64,000 nucleotides of DNA from Octopus sinensis (taxonomy: Eukaryota). Below are positions 13,425-25,865 of this stretch, piece by piece. The notes under the pieces were generated by a model that worked only from the letters and a program-made list of their open reading frames with translations, did not search any database and was not told where the DNA came from. The DNA lies in NCBI RefSeq assembly GCF_006345805.1, contig NC_042999.1, positions 15,624,001 through 15,688,000 on the forward strand, written 5' to 3'. The stretch's first letter is position 1; each line of letters opens with the position of its first letter. The position numbers and the translations under genes were made by a program.

Positions 13425-13830
13425 TCTCTCTTTTACTTGTTTCAGTCATTTGACTGCGGCCATGCTGGAACACCACCTTTAGTCAAACAAATCAACCCCA
13501 GGACTTATTCTTTGGAAGCCTAGTACTTATTCTATCAGTCTCTTTTGCAGAACCGCTAAGTTATGGGGACATAAACACACCACCATCGGTTGTCAAGTGA
13601 TGTTGGGTGGGGGACAAACATAGACACACAAACACACACACACACACACATATTTTATATTCATATATACAACGGGCTTCTTTCAGTTTCCCGATACCAA
13701 ATCCACTCACAAGGCTTTAGTCAGCCTGAGGCTATGGTAGAAGACACTTACCTAAGGTGCCACGCAGTGGGAATGAACCCGGAACCATGTGGTTGGGAAG
13801 CATGCTACTTACCACACTGCCACTCCTGTA
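13425..13830 (-). mobile_element. SINE family A
   Basis: Full-length match to family A. Confidence 0.92.
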
Positions 13831-14101
13831 GCTATAGAATATCTGTAGAAATAACCTTAACAAAATAATGTAAAAAGCGCTGTTATGCAGCAGAATGTGG
13901 TATTGACTTATAAAATCATTTAATTTACTTTATAGTATATGATGGTTGCATAACCAAATACCACATACCTACAAATCATTAGTATTTACGTACCAGCTCC
14001 AGGAATGTGTCTAATATGTAAAGTGGTACATCCAATAACTTAACATCGCTGTATGCAGTGGCTATATAAGCAATGTGTTCGGAGGTGAGAATGGGTTAGA
14101 C

Positions 14102-14146
14102 AAGTGCTGATGAAGGGGTAAAACCCCTGAAATATAGTGTATACAT
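14102..14146 (+). ncRNA. Minimal hammerhead-ribozyme-like motif (Penelope-type), degenerate stems I and III
   Basis: CTGATGA-AGGGGT-AAA-ACCCCT-GAAA core with perfect stem II. Confidence 0.55.
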
Positions 14147-14339
14147 TCATTACCCATTTTTGTTTTCGATCTCATTATTTGTTTGCATTTGATATCTTGA
14201 TATGAAACGTTGTAGCAAAAATCAGTGCTGACTATAATTTCCATAGAATATCTGTAGAAATAATCTTAACAAAATAACACACACACACATGCACAAACAC
14301 ATGTGCACATGTATACACACATGTACACATACATGTACA

Positions 14340-14740
14340 CAGGCACACATAGAGTGAGGTGTACAACAGGCACTGTACAAAGCAAGGGCATGTGTTTGGT
14401 GAACTAATTGTGGTAGAGATACTGAAGAATTTGTCAGTTCATGTGACCCGTGCTAAAAATCAAATTTAAAGGCACTCCTTATACAGGTAAGTGACGTAAA
14501 TCATAGATCTGAGAAAGAGTAAATACAGATTTGCAATATACAAGAAATGCAGAGGATATAATCATAGTTGGCTCAACCACCATTTGAACTGAAATCATTT
14601 TATTTTCCAAAAGGTGATCAGAAAATGTAATGAAATGTCCATTTCCTTATTCTCCATCTTTACTAGAGTGAGTGTTCCAATAACAGTGGCATCAAGTAAC
14701 AGAGCAGTTTTCATTGAATTAAAGCATTGCTTAAATCTAT
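14340..14740 (+). mobile_element. Ty3/gypsy integrase relic (continuation of 10200-11910)
   Basis: KARACVW*TNCGRDTEEFVSSCDPC (CC half of the HHCC finger), RVNTD...IIIVGS and SIFTRVSVPITVASSN. Confidence 0.75.
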
Positions 14741-14887
14741 TTTTATAAGCTAATGAAGGAGCTTTTACACAGTCAATTAACCTACCAGAAATGGTAGCTA
14801 AATAGTTGGCAGCTTTATAATCTTCAAATCAAATTCTACCATCTTGCAGAAGAGATACAATTTGGATAATACAATCATTGTCATTGT

Positions 14888-15410
14888 TATTATCATCATC
14901 ATCATCGTCATCATTTGATGTCCGTTGTCCATGCTGGCATGGGTTGGACGGCTTGACTGAGCTGGCAAGCTAGAGAGTTGCACCAGGCCCCAGTGTATAT
15001 GTGTCTGTCAGTGTGTGTGTGCTTGTGGGTTTATTGCATACCACATAGTAAAGGACATTTTATACCACCACCATGGTTTCTACAGCTGGATGCCCTTCCT
15101 AATGCCAAATACTTTACAGAGTGTGCTGAATGCTTTTATGTAGCACCACATGAGCACTGTTATGTGGCACTGGCATTAATGCTTTTTACATGGCACTGGC
15201 ACAGGACTCTTGTGGGCCAAACCTCTTCACCTTAACACTTCAGCAGTTGAGCATGGGTCTTCTTCAGTACAGCAAGATGCCAAGTACCTCAGTTCTTTGT
15301 CATCTTGTCTGAAAGGTTCAGCATTCTAAGGACGTCCTTCAGTACTTTGTCTCATGTGTGCTTGGGTCTCTCTCTCTTGGATGTGTTCCATCTACTTTGA
15401 GAGATCAGGA
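14888..15410 (-). mobile_element. Old RTE-clade LINE 3' end with ORF C-terminus
   Basis: RERPKHT*DKVLKDVLRMLNL...MTKN*GTWHLAVLKKT resembles the RTE RGRPxKTW...DRxxWR C-terminus; followed by GGAAGGGCATCCAGC UTR and (GAT)n tail. Confidence 0.75.
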
Positions 15411-16899
15411 TACTTTGAGAGGTAAATATAATATGCTTTAAGAAAGATAGGATGGTTCTGTCTGGAATTTCTGTGACTATATGTTTGCTTGACCAAGTTT
15501 GACTAGACGCCAGACAACACAATTATATTGGAAGAAACGAAAACAAACACCGATATTATCCCCAAATTAGTAAATAAACAAAGCAGCATCATCACTGAAC
15601 ACTAATGTTACAAAGAAAACATAAACATACATATTCAAGAATATGCAATATACATGTGCATACAATTTACATATGAACATATCTATATTGTGCATAAACA
15701 CACACATATAAATATACATTTATAACCATATCTATTATTATGCATATATACATATACTTAAACAAATATACCAAATAAATACACATAACCATTCACTATG
15801 TAAAGTAAATAAGAACACAGTACTAAAAAGTATTAATGTAAGAAGAATTCTCAATATCTAGAATAAATATTTATGGTCGAACTTAAAATTGCAAGGTTCA
15901 ATGAATCAGAACTTCGTTTTGATAATTGCAATTTATTTTTAAATGATTAGTGCTTTTATAAAGAATAAAATCATTTGAAACTGTCAGGCTTAGAATTTTG
16001 CTGTTTATTTTAGCCCTAGGTTATTACTGAACACTATTTCTGGCCATAACTAAGCTGTCTTTTTAAGGGGATTTAGGTCTACATTATACAATCTGTATGA
16101 AATTATGTATAATGAAAGAAAGATAGAGATATGATTAAATGGATAGAGAGAGATACATACAGAGTAGAAAGAGGGAGAGAGCAAATCCATACATAAACAT
16201 ATATGTATCTCTGCGATTGATATCATTAAAAAATTATGCAATCGTGTGTAGTACGTGTGTGCATATATGTGTTTACATATGTACACTAAGTCAAGAAAAT
16301 TACTGAACAACATTCACAATGGACAATATGCGCTCAATAGAAACTCTGCTGGTATGAATATGTAATGTGAATATGAAACATGGAGGGTGAACTATTATTG
16401 CATGCTGTTACCAAGTTCTTTCATGATGGAAGTAAACTGAAGAAGACATAAAGTGTGATGAGATTAGATGTGAAAATAGTATGTGGCATAATGCTGAGAG
16501 AGAGAGGAGGGAGAAGAAGAGACAGACAGACAGACAGACTGACAAACAAACAGAGAAAGTGAGATGGAGATTTGATCAAAATATGCCACTATGGAAAACG
16601 TTATATATTGATGAACCCCATTTGTCTCTGTGTATTTTCCTGTCTATAGAAGTGTGCAAACACACACATATGGACAACTGTATACAAAAATGTATATAAT
16701 ATCATCTACCAAAAACAATTTGATATTATTCGTGTATAACGATTTGCATTACTATTATGGCTAGGTGATGGAATAATCTTTCAGTATCAACATAATTATT
16801 CAGATGTCTCAACGTACTAACATAAATAATACTCTCTCAAATAAAGACACGCATACATGTGTACATGTGTACACACACACACATGCACACACACATGCA

Positions 16900-18088
16900 C
16901 AACTGTTGTCTAAATTACACAAAAATGAAAATAACACTGACATCTCATCTTTAACAGATATATTTACCAAAATTGCATAAAAATATCTTGAAATACTAAA
17001 GAGTAAATTCAATAAAATCGCCATTGGCTTCAACCACTGCTCCCAGACAACTTTGCATCTCCTGCAACTCTTCTGGATAGTCTCCTTGTTTAAATTGGTG
17101 AATGCTGTCATAATCCTTGCCTTCAGTACATCTTTGGTGTTACAAAGCATTTAGTTGGATTAAAACCACACATAATAATCAAGCGGGTTGCAGTCTGGGG
17201 AGTAAGGTGGCCAAATGTTAGGGGGTGATGTGGTTACAGAAATTGTGTGAAAGCCATGACTGGGGTCTCCTGCTTGTGTAGCATGGTGCAGAGTCCTGTT
17301 GCCAGATACAGAGTCTTCCAGCAGCCACCCTCTTGACCTCCTCCAGGCACTTGATGTAGGCCTCTGTGTTGAATGTGAGGCCATGTGGGGAGATGAAAGG
17401 AGGCATAACATTGCTATCACTAGTGATCACTCCCAACACCATAATGTTGACTGGATGTTTGATTTTTATTTCTCAGTACAGGCCGATGCCAGCGCTGCCC
17501 CGACTGGCTTCTGTGCTGGTGGCACATAAAAAGCGCCATCCGAACGTGGCCGTTGCCAGCGCCGCCTTGGCTGGCTTCCATGCCGCTGGCACGTTAAAAG
17601 CTCCAACCGATCGTGGCCGATGCCGGACCACCCCTGGCACCTGTGCAGGTGGTACATAAAAAGCACCCACTACACTCGCGGAGTGGTTGGCGTTAGGAAG
17701 GGCATCCAGCCGTAGAAACTCTGCCAGATCAGACTGGAGCCTGGAGCAGTCCCTGGCTTCCCAGAGCCCGGTCGAACCGTCCAACCCATGCTAGCGCGGA
17801 AAACGGACGTTAAACGATGATGATGATGATGATGATGTCCTCAGATTGCACTGTTCTCAGATTGACACCCAAACACTTTGAAATGTTTGCATTGGAGCTG
17901 GCATGACTGCCAAGCAGTACAGCATGTCATTGCCAAATTTCTGGCAGAGCGTCATAGTGCTGTGTTTCTCACAAATGGTGTCCAACCGACCCTACTATAC
18001 TGTGTAGGCGACAAAATCAAAAACAAAAAATGCATATATGTGAAAGAAAAAATCTAAAATGGTGACAATTTACCCATTGCACCCTGTA
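16900..18088 (-). mobile_element. Tc1/mariner-superfamily DD37D (maT-type) transposon relic, internally deleted
   Basis: MVLGVITSD...WQQDSAP...WPPYSPDCNPLDYYVW; 37 residues between the last two Asp after fixing a 1-nt frameshift; TIR remnant TA-CAGGGTGCAATGGGTAAATTG at the right end. Confidence 0.85.
17477..17836 (+). mobile_element. 5'-truncated RTE LINE 3' UTR (family C)
   Basis: Internal GC-rich repeats, GGCGTTAGGAAGGGCATCCAGC and (GAT)n tail; inserted in the maT relic. Confidence 0.85.
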
Positions 18089-18357
18089 TATGTACAGGAA
18101 TAAAAGTAGACATTAACAGCTATTTTCATATATAACAGAGTTTAAATAAATTGAAAACAGCATATCTTAAACGTATAAATTAATTTAAAGTACAAATTAA
18201 AAAGCATGCAGTATATTATAAGTAGAACCTGAACATTTATTAATTAGAAGAAAAGGATAGGAAAATCACAGAATATCATTTAAGCATAATTTCTTTTTAA
18301 GTTTCACATAACAGAAATATATACTGTTTATTTTTTCCAGTATAGAAGTCAGCAATA

Positions 18358-18571
18358 TTCTTTTATATGTTTCAGTCATTTGACTGTGGCCATGCTGGAG
18401 CACCACCTTTAGTCAAACAAATCGACCCCAGGAATTATTCTTTGTAAGCATAGTACTTATTCGATCCATCACTTTTGTCAAACTGCTAAGTTATGAGGAC
18501 ATAAACACACCAATATTGGTTGTCAAGCAATGGTGGAGGGACAAACACAGACACACAAACATATATGTATG

Positions 18572-18617
<46 letters not shown>

Positions 18618-18780
18618 ACAAGCTTCTTTTAGTTTCTGTCTACCAAACCTACTCACCAGGCTTTAGCTGGCCCGAGGCTATAGTAGAAGACACTTGCCCA
18701 AAGTGCCATTCAGTGGGACTGAACCTGGAACCATGTGGTTGAGAAGCAAGCTTCATACCACACATGTACCACACCTGTTC
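18358..18780 (-). mobile_element. SINE family A
   Basis: Diverged full-length match with expanded (TA)n. Confidence 0.9.
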
Positions 18781-19035
18781 CCATGAATGTACATAGTGTA
18801 AACATGCAAACATTGTCATCTTTCTAATTCCTGCAGTATTTCACATGGAAATTTTGGTCTTGGTTTACAAGTTGGCTTGCTTTTTTTTTTTTTTTTTTGC
18901 TGTAAATTTTGGTAAAAAAATTTTTACCTGTTTGCCAGAAAATATGGTATGTATTTGATTAGAAATGAACAAAAATATATATGTACATATATATGTAGGA
19001 ATTTAGAAAACAGTCCAAAAAAACATAATATTTAC

Positions 19036-19176
19036 CTGCCATATGGACCTAATGGACCACAATCAACAACATGTTTACTTTTTGTCCATGGTCTTGTATC
19101 AAACACTGGTGACAACCAAACTTCGAGGTTGATTACTGTGTACTTAATGTTTTCTTTACATGACTTCCAACCCATT
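19036..19176 (-). CDS. Probable internal coding exon (141 nt, phase 2-2) of an unidentified gene
   Basis: Strong acceptor tttctctctttcag and donor CAG|gtaaat; only one frame is open: MGWKSCKENIKYTVINLEVWLSPVFDTRPWTKSKHVVDCGPLGPYG; lies in unique sequence. Confidence 0.65.
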
Positions 19177-22100
19177 CTGAAAGAGAGAAATTATGAAATT
19201 TACTATTTAATAACTGAGCTCTTTTTCTGCTAAATATCTTATATCTTTTTTTGAAGAAACAGCGTAGTTTCAATTTATGGAAAGCTAATTCCTAATTAAC
19301 CTGTCACGTTAATCAACTTTGGTTCTGTTTTTTTTTTTTTCTTTCGTAGAATATTGCCAAACATTGTAAATTGGTTGAGGAATGAAAAAAATAAATAAAT
19401 AAAAACCATTGTATAAAGCAGAACAACAAATCATAGCAAAGACATCAGGTCAGATAATGTGCAAACGAGCAACCAAAAAAAAAAAAAATGTGTCATGAAA
19501 AAGTATTCCCATAACGACATTAACTTAAAGACATTTCATTGGTCATCAGAAGTATTTTTTTCAGAATTATAAACAGACTAGTGGCCAGAAAAGTTAATTG
19601 TTCATTTAGCAAGTCAGTTTTAAATTGTTTTTACACATTCATCATCCTTAATTTTGATTATTCTGACAAAGATGGTTTTTACTTCTATTTTGACATAATG
19701 CAAAAAAACTACCAAGAGTTTTTTTTTTTTTTAAATAAAAATTGATGTTAAATTTGTTATACAACAAATGATAAACCAGGTCTCTTTAATACAACTACAA
19801 CATGATAACAAATATAGAAGCTGCTTTAATATCAAAATGTATTGCTTAATAGCTACGAGTGTCCATTTCTTTGAAGGACCAGTTTAACTGAAAACACAAA
19901 TATTTCGGTAGAGATGATATCTGAATAAAATTATCACAGTGGTTGGATGTGTAAATTTTAACATATGGATAGATGATAGAAGATATAACTTTCATTAACT
20001 ATTAAATAACTTAAAATTATGCAATATTAATTATATACTTTTTCAGTTTTCTTTGTGAAGGATTACTCAGTAATGCAACTTTATAATTAAGTTAAATCTT
20101 TTCCTTCGTGAACTAAATACTACAGTCATTCTTGCATAAATACATGCTACGTTTACTCCTCATTAAATAAAAACTAATTTAGAAAATCTGATAAGAATAT
20201 ATTAATCTCTACTTATTTTAAAAGAAATAGTTTCTCTTTTGCATATAATTTTTCATAAAAACACTTGTCAATTATTCAAATAGTTTTCCAAAATATTCAT
20301 TTGACTTATATTAACTAAACTGGAGACTTCTTTACTTTAATGTTCTAAGTTTCTGTTGGCTCTGAGCCATTATGAAAACAGTTTTATCATATAAAATACT
20401 TGTAAGTATGGAAAAAGCAACTTCTATCCAAAAAAAAAACTATAGGCAGCATTCAACAACTTTCTCTTAAGAGATTTTTAAAAAGTGCAGATAACCTAAT
20501 TAATTACTCCAAACTAATAAGGATTAATGAACCTTTGAAGAAAAATAACTATTATTGACAAAGATAGCCCTTAACAAATTAACTAAGTAAGCAGGTTACA
20601 CTATTCTTTGCTACATATAAAACAGATTACATTTTCCAAAAGTTTGAGAATAATTCTTCTGAAAACTATTGTTTATTATTTACAATTTTCTATAATTTAG
20701 ATGTGTGTATGTGACTGATTTTCTCTTTTTTAAAAACTATATGTAACACAAACAATATTGTTAATTCATACGTATTGGTTCACTATAAATTATATTCGTC
20801 TTTAGCATATATTTTCAAGGAAGTACATATGGTTGATTTAATAAATCTTCAATTTCTTTTTCCCAATGTTTTTCATTGCATGCTTTCTAATTATTGATCC
20901 AACAACAAGCATTGTTCTCATTTCCCACTTCAGATATTTCTATTCTAATGTTTGTCATTACTTAAATAAGTTCTTATTTATTTTTCTGGTTAATTCTTTA
21001 CTTTTGAATAACTCAATATAAATATGAAAATAATTCTTAAATATTAACCACAATCTAACAAGAAAGAAAGCAGAAAACATAAAATATAGAGCCATGCATT
21101 TCTGACAACATTTAAATCAAGTAAATGTGTTGAATTTTACTGTTGAGAAATTGCATCTCCTTGGATACAAACATTGGCAGTTACCATGTAAATAAATCCA
21201 ATTATTCAAAATACAAGAAATATTTTAGGATTCAAAGCTATTAAAATTTTAGCTTACATTTCAGTTTTTCTTTTCTTAATCAAAAACCTTTGTTTGCAGA
21301 TAGATTTATGAAGAAATTGATAAAATCCCAAACCATACAAGAAAATCAAGAATCAGAAAACCTTTCGGAAAGCAATTAAATTGAAGAATAAGTCATCTGA
21401 ATAACAAGGTTTATATTTCAAATTGATAAGCAACAAAGTAAAAATACAAGATTATGAATTCTATTAACTTTATTTTGGATATACAAATCAAAAGCAGGTT
21501 CTGGAATGATAACATAATGAACTAAAGCACGGTCTGTTTCTTTTCTTCATCTATCCCCTCTCCCTCTCTGTCTTCCTCTCTCTCTCTCCCACACTATCTT
21601 GCTCTCTCTCTCTCTCTTTTTCCCCCTCATTGTTTGGATTTAAACAACCCTGTTAGGCAGTCATATTGAGAGATACATTTGTGGATTAGTGATGACCTGA
21701 TCATGAGTTCAATATTTTGTCTTTAGCACCGAAGCCAATGTCTTACAATGAAAGGTCATGCTAACCTGTCCAATATGAGTGAAAAGTAGGCGCTCTCCCT
21801 GACATCAGAATTATTAGCAGTAGGAAACTAACCCCACTGTAAAAATAATTGCTTTGCTAACATATACATACACATATACACACACAAATGCAGATAGAAA
21901 ATGTAAGTATAACACCAAAACAGAAAAGAGATGGTGTAGGATGCATATTAAGGAGATAACAGTAAAAATAATAGAAAAAGGCAGGCAACACTAATAAAAT
22001 TGAAATTTTGCGATATGGAGCTTCAATGGAATGGAGATTAGCTTTTATAAAATGCTCATAGGCATTTCAGGTGATTTGCAAATTTCTAATCTGTTATTTA

Positions 22101-22369
22101 TAAAAAGTAGGAGAAAGTCATAAGTTATTATTTTTTTTTATGTAAGGAAAATAGAAAAGCATCTAAAGAAATACAGTATTCAGATGATCTGCAGGTTGCT
22201 CTAGTTGTGTAATGTGGTCATGACAGACTGATTGCTTACAAATGATGAAGCACAAAAAGAACCTTATATTCCAACAAAACTGTTTCAAGACGATAATTGA
22301 AATGCAGAAGATAAAGAGAAGAACCATACTAGAGATTATAAAAAATTTTGGGGTTATTGAGAATAAAGC

Positions 22370-22838
22370 AGCAAGATGCCAGAATCATTAGGGCAACTGA
22401 CAAGATGCTTAGCAGCATATCTTCAGGTGTTTCATGTTCTGAATTTAAATCCTGCCAGTGTCAACTCTGTCATTCATAATTCTGAGTTCAATAAAATAAA
22501 GTACCAGTCAAGTTCCTTCTCGAGCCATGCCAGGCTCATAAGGGCCGGTTTCCCGGTTTCGGTGGCGTTGAAATTCCTCACCTGGATGGGACGCCAGTCC
22601 GTTGCAGGATTACTAATTTTTGCCAGCTGAGTAGACTGGAGCAATGTAAAATGAAGTGTTTTGCTCAAGAATACAACGTGTCACCCAGTCCAGGAATCGA
22701 AACTACAACCTTACGATCATGAGTTCAACACCCCAACAACTAAGCCACGTGCCTCCACACCAGTCAAGTACTGGGGTGTGATGTAATTGACTTGCTCCTT
22801 CCTGCTAAAACTGCTGGGCTCCTGTCAAAATTAGAATT
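22370..22838 (+). mobile_element. Old family B-related SINE split by a family D SINE
   Basis: Degenerate B head and AATAAAATAAAGTACCAGTCAAGT core, resuming after 22769. Confidence 0.65.
22514..22758 (-). mobile_element. SINE family D (tRNA head, CORE-like body)
   Basis: A/B-box-like TGGCTTAGTTG and GTTTCGATTCC; 11-bp TSD ACCAGTCAAGT at 22503-22513 and 22759-22769. Confidence 0.85.
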
Positions 22839-22844
22839 TTTGAT

Positions 22845-23050
22845 TCTTTCTTTTATTCTTTTACTTGTTTCGGTCATTTGACTGCGGCCATGCAGGAGCA
22901 CCGCCTTTAGTCGAGCAAATCGACCCCGGGACTTATTCTTTGTAAGCCCAGTACTTATTCTATCAGTCTCTTTTGCCGAACCGCTAAGTGACGGGGACGT
23001 AAACACACCAGCATCAGTTGTCAAGCAATGCTAGGGGGACAAACACAGAC

Positions 23051-23085
<35 letters not shown>

Positions 23086-23257
23086 CATATATATGACAGG
23101 CTTCTTTCAGTTTCTGTCTACCAAATCCACTCACAAGGCATTGATCGGCCTGGGGCTATAGCAGAAGACACTTGCCTAAGATGCCACGCAGTGGGTTTGA
23201 ACCCGGAACCATGTGGTTGGTTAGCAAGCTACTTACCACACAGCCACTCCTGCGCCT
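22845..23257 (-). mobile_element. SINE family A
   Basis: Full-length, young-looking copy. Confidence 0.95.
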
Positions 23258-23627
23258 ATTGTGAGTAAAAGACAAATGAGGTAATATAGGATAGGGAGAC
23301 AAAGGAAAACATAGTCTGAGACAAACTCGTCTAATTAATGAACGTCAAAAAGAAAGAAACATTGAACTGATGACAGTGACAATAATTTCCAACTGATTTC
23401 CAGGAAAAATATTAAAACCTAAATCTAAACCTGCAAAAATGTCTATGCACAGATCAAATCCAACATCATACCACCTCTAAAAGAAAGAAAAGAAAAAAAC
23501 ATTGCATATTGTTGTATTTAGGAATAGTCATTTTGCCAGTTTAACCAATAAAAACACACGCACTATATATTTGGTGTTACTTTGCTTCAGCGTTATTCAT
23601 TTTTTACATTAATCTTAATCTTATTTC

Positions 23628-23672
23628 GGCCAGAGTTCTTTCGTCACACTCCTGTGACCTCATCAGTGGTCC
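23628..23672 (-). ncRNA. Minimal type I hammerhead ribozyme, intact core
   Basis: GGACCA-CTGATGA-G-GTCACA-GGAG-TGTGAC-GAAA-GAA-CTC-TGGCC: core, 6-bp stem II, very short stem III, CUC cleavage triplet. Confidence 0.8.
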
Positions 23673-23920
23673 TTTGCTTTCTTCTTTCTTATTTGTGTGT
23701 CTCTCCTTACTAACGGTCAGCCTTTTTGTATTTTGTATTCCTATTGAATGTGTCTTCATTTGCGCATGCATATACCTCTATGTGTGTCTATGTTTAGTTA
23801 GTTTTTTTTTACATTAATCTTAATCTTATTTCGGCCAGAGTTCTTTTGTCACACTATAGAAATACAAAATGGCTGACAGTTAGTAAGAAGAGACACACAA
23901 ATAAAAAAGAAGAAAGCAAA

Positions 23921-23965
23921 GGACCACTGATGAGGTCACAGAAGTGTGACGCAATAACTCTGGCT
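23921..23965 (+). ncRNA. Hammerhead copy with mutated core (GAAA to GCAA)
   Basis: Same sequence as 23628-23672 on the opposite arm, reading GACGCAATAACTC instead of GACGAAAGAACTC. Confidence 0.6.
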
Positions 23966-24227
23966 GAAATAAGATTAAGATTAATGTAAAAAATACATAA
24001 CACTGAAGCAAAGTAACACCAAATATATGGTATGTGTGTTTTTATTGGCTAAACTGGCAAAATGACCATTCCTAAATACAACAATATCTGTTTCAACACA
24101 CGATTTCACATCAAAAATCTTGCAAAACAAATATATATATACATTGCAGTTCGGATCATCAATTCTAATAGAAAATTCCAAATAACAAAGATGCAAAGAT
24201 TAAATAAAATTTTCTCTTCCATTTATT

Positions 24228-24620
24228 TCTTTTACTCTTTTACTTGTTTCAGTCATTTGACTGTGGCCATGCTGGAGCACCACCTTTAGTCAAGCAAATC
24301 GACCCCAGGACTTATTCTTTGTAAGCCTAGTACTTATTCTATTGATCTCTTTTGCTGAACCACTAAGTTACAGGAATGTAAACACACTAGCATTGGTTGT
24401 CAAGCAATGTTGGGGCGACAAACACAGATACACAAACATACACACACACACATATATACGACAGGCTTCCTTCAGTTTCCATCTACCAAATCCATTCACA
24501 AAGCTTTGGTTGGGCCGAGGCTATAGTAGAAGACACTTGCCCAAGGTGCCATGCAGTGGGACTGAACCTAGAACCATGTAGTTTGTAAGCAAGCTATTTA
24601 CCACACAGCCACTCCTATGC
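24228..24620 (-). mobile_element. SINE family A
   Basis: Full-length match. Confidence 0.92.
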
Positions 24621-25485
24621 TTACTCTTGAAAAAAAAATTGAAATTGATGATATTAACACAATATGGTGATAGCAAATTTTGTACAAAGGAAGCATAGTT
24701 GAAATTGAAAACCATAATGCATCAATATTCATATATTTGTTTATTCTCAGTCAGATGTGTATTTTAAAATAACAGAAATAATGATTACTCTTGCTTTCAA
24801 GAATTTTTCCCCTCTGTCGAGTATGAATAAAGCAAAGAGTAGGAAAACTAAGATTTGTAATAAAAATTGGTTACCTGATCAGTGAAAAATATATACAAAG
24901 TGGCAGAAAACTGTTAATAATACTTTTTTTATAGAAACGATAAGTAGAGATATATTTTCTTTGCATAATTAAACAAAGATAATATTGAGAATATAATAAA
25001 GATATAGTGTTTGAACTATCTCGGTTAAATTTCCTTAAAAATAAAAAATAAAAATATATATATATTTTTTAATGTAAAATAAAACACTATTTTTTTAGAA
25101 ATAATATTTATCACAAGACAGAAAAGTATTGATTTTTTTTATATTTCATTGATATCAGTTTCTTAATGGCTGATTTGAAAAACAATGTAAATGAAATAGG
25201 ATTTCAAAACCTCAAACAGAAAGCAAATCATATGCAGAAGTATGATAAAAGCAACAATAGTGGTGATAATACTTTGATTTCAATCAGGAACAAGGATTTG
25301 TGTGTGTGTGAGTGAGTGAGTGAGTGAGTGTGTGTGTGTGCGTGTGTGTGTGTGTGTGCGCGCGTGGGTGTGTTTTTGTGTGTGTATGTATGGGATTGCA
25401 TGAGTGTGTATGGTAGGAGAGTAATAATCCTTTGACTAGATTTTGGAATCCATATTCTCCAAGAGAGCTGAGGAAGCACGCTCAA

Positions 25486-25865
25486 TCTATATATATAAAG
25501 CTGAAGTTGTCTGTGTGTGGCAGGTTTGGTAGCCTTCAACTAACACAATCTCCTCCAAGACCCTGCGGCACAAGTTGATCAAAATTGAGAGTATTATAGA
25601 AGAAGGCTTGCTCTTCATTCCGTAGAAGATAAAATTCAAATAGGACCATGTTAACACCAAAAATTATTTACATCAAAAAGGTGCTTTTTTTCTATGAAAA
25701 GCCCTATTTTTTACGATTTTTGGCTGCTGTGTCACCATTTTTTGGTGTATTTCAACCAGAAAAATGCCCACTTAAAGAGCTAAATAATGCAAAATTTATA
25801 CTTTCCAAAAGTTCCAATTCTAAAGGGTCAAAACAAACCTGAGCAACGCCAGGCGATACTGCTAG
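25486..25865 (+). mobile_element. Short non-autonomous Helitron
   Basis: A|TC 5' end (TCTATATATATAAAG), subterminal CCTGAGCAACGCCAGG hairpin, CTAG|T 3' end; homologous to 33309-33707. Confidence 0.85.

Larger units (their letters stand above)
23506..24087. mobile_element. Penelope-like pseudo-LTR cassette: long inverted repeat with internal partial tandem copy
   Basis: About 23506-23745 is the reverse complement of about 23856-24087; 23805-23854 repeats 23600-23650; each arm contains a hammerhead motif. Confidence 0.8.
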
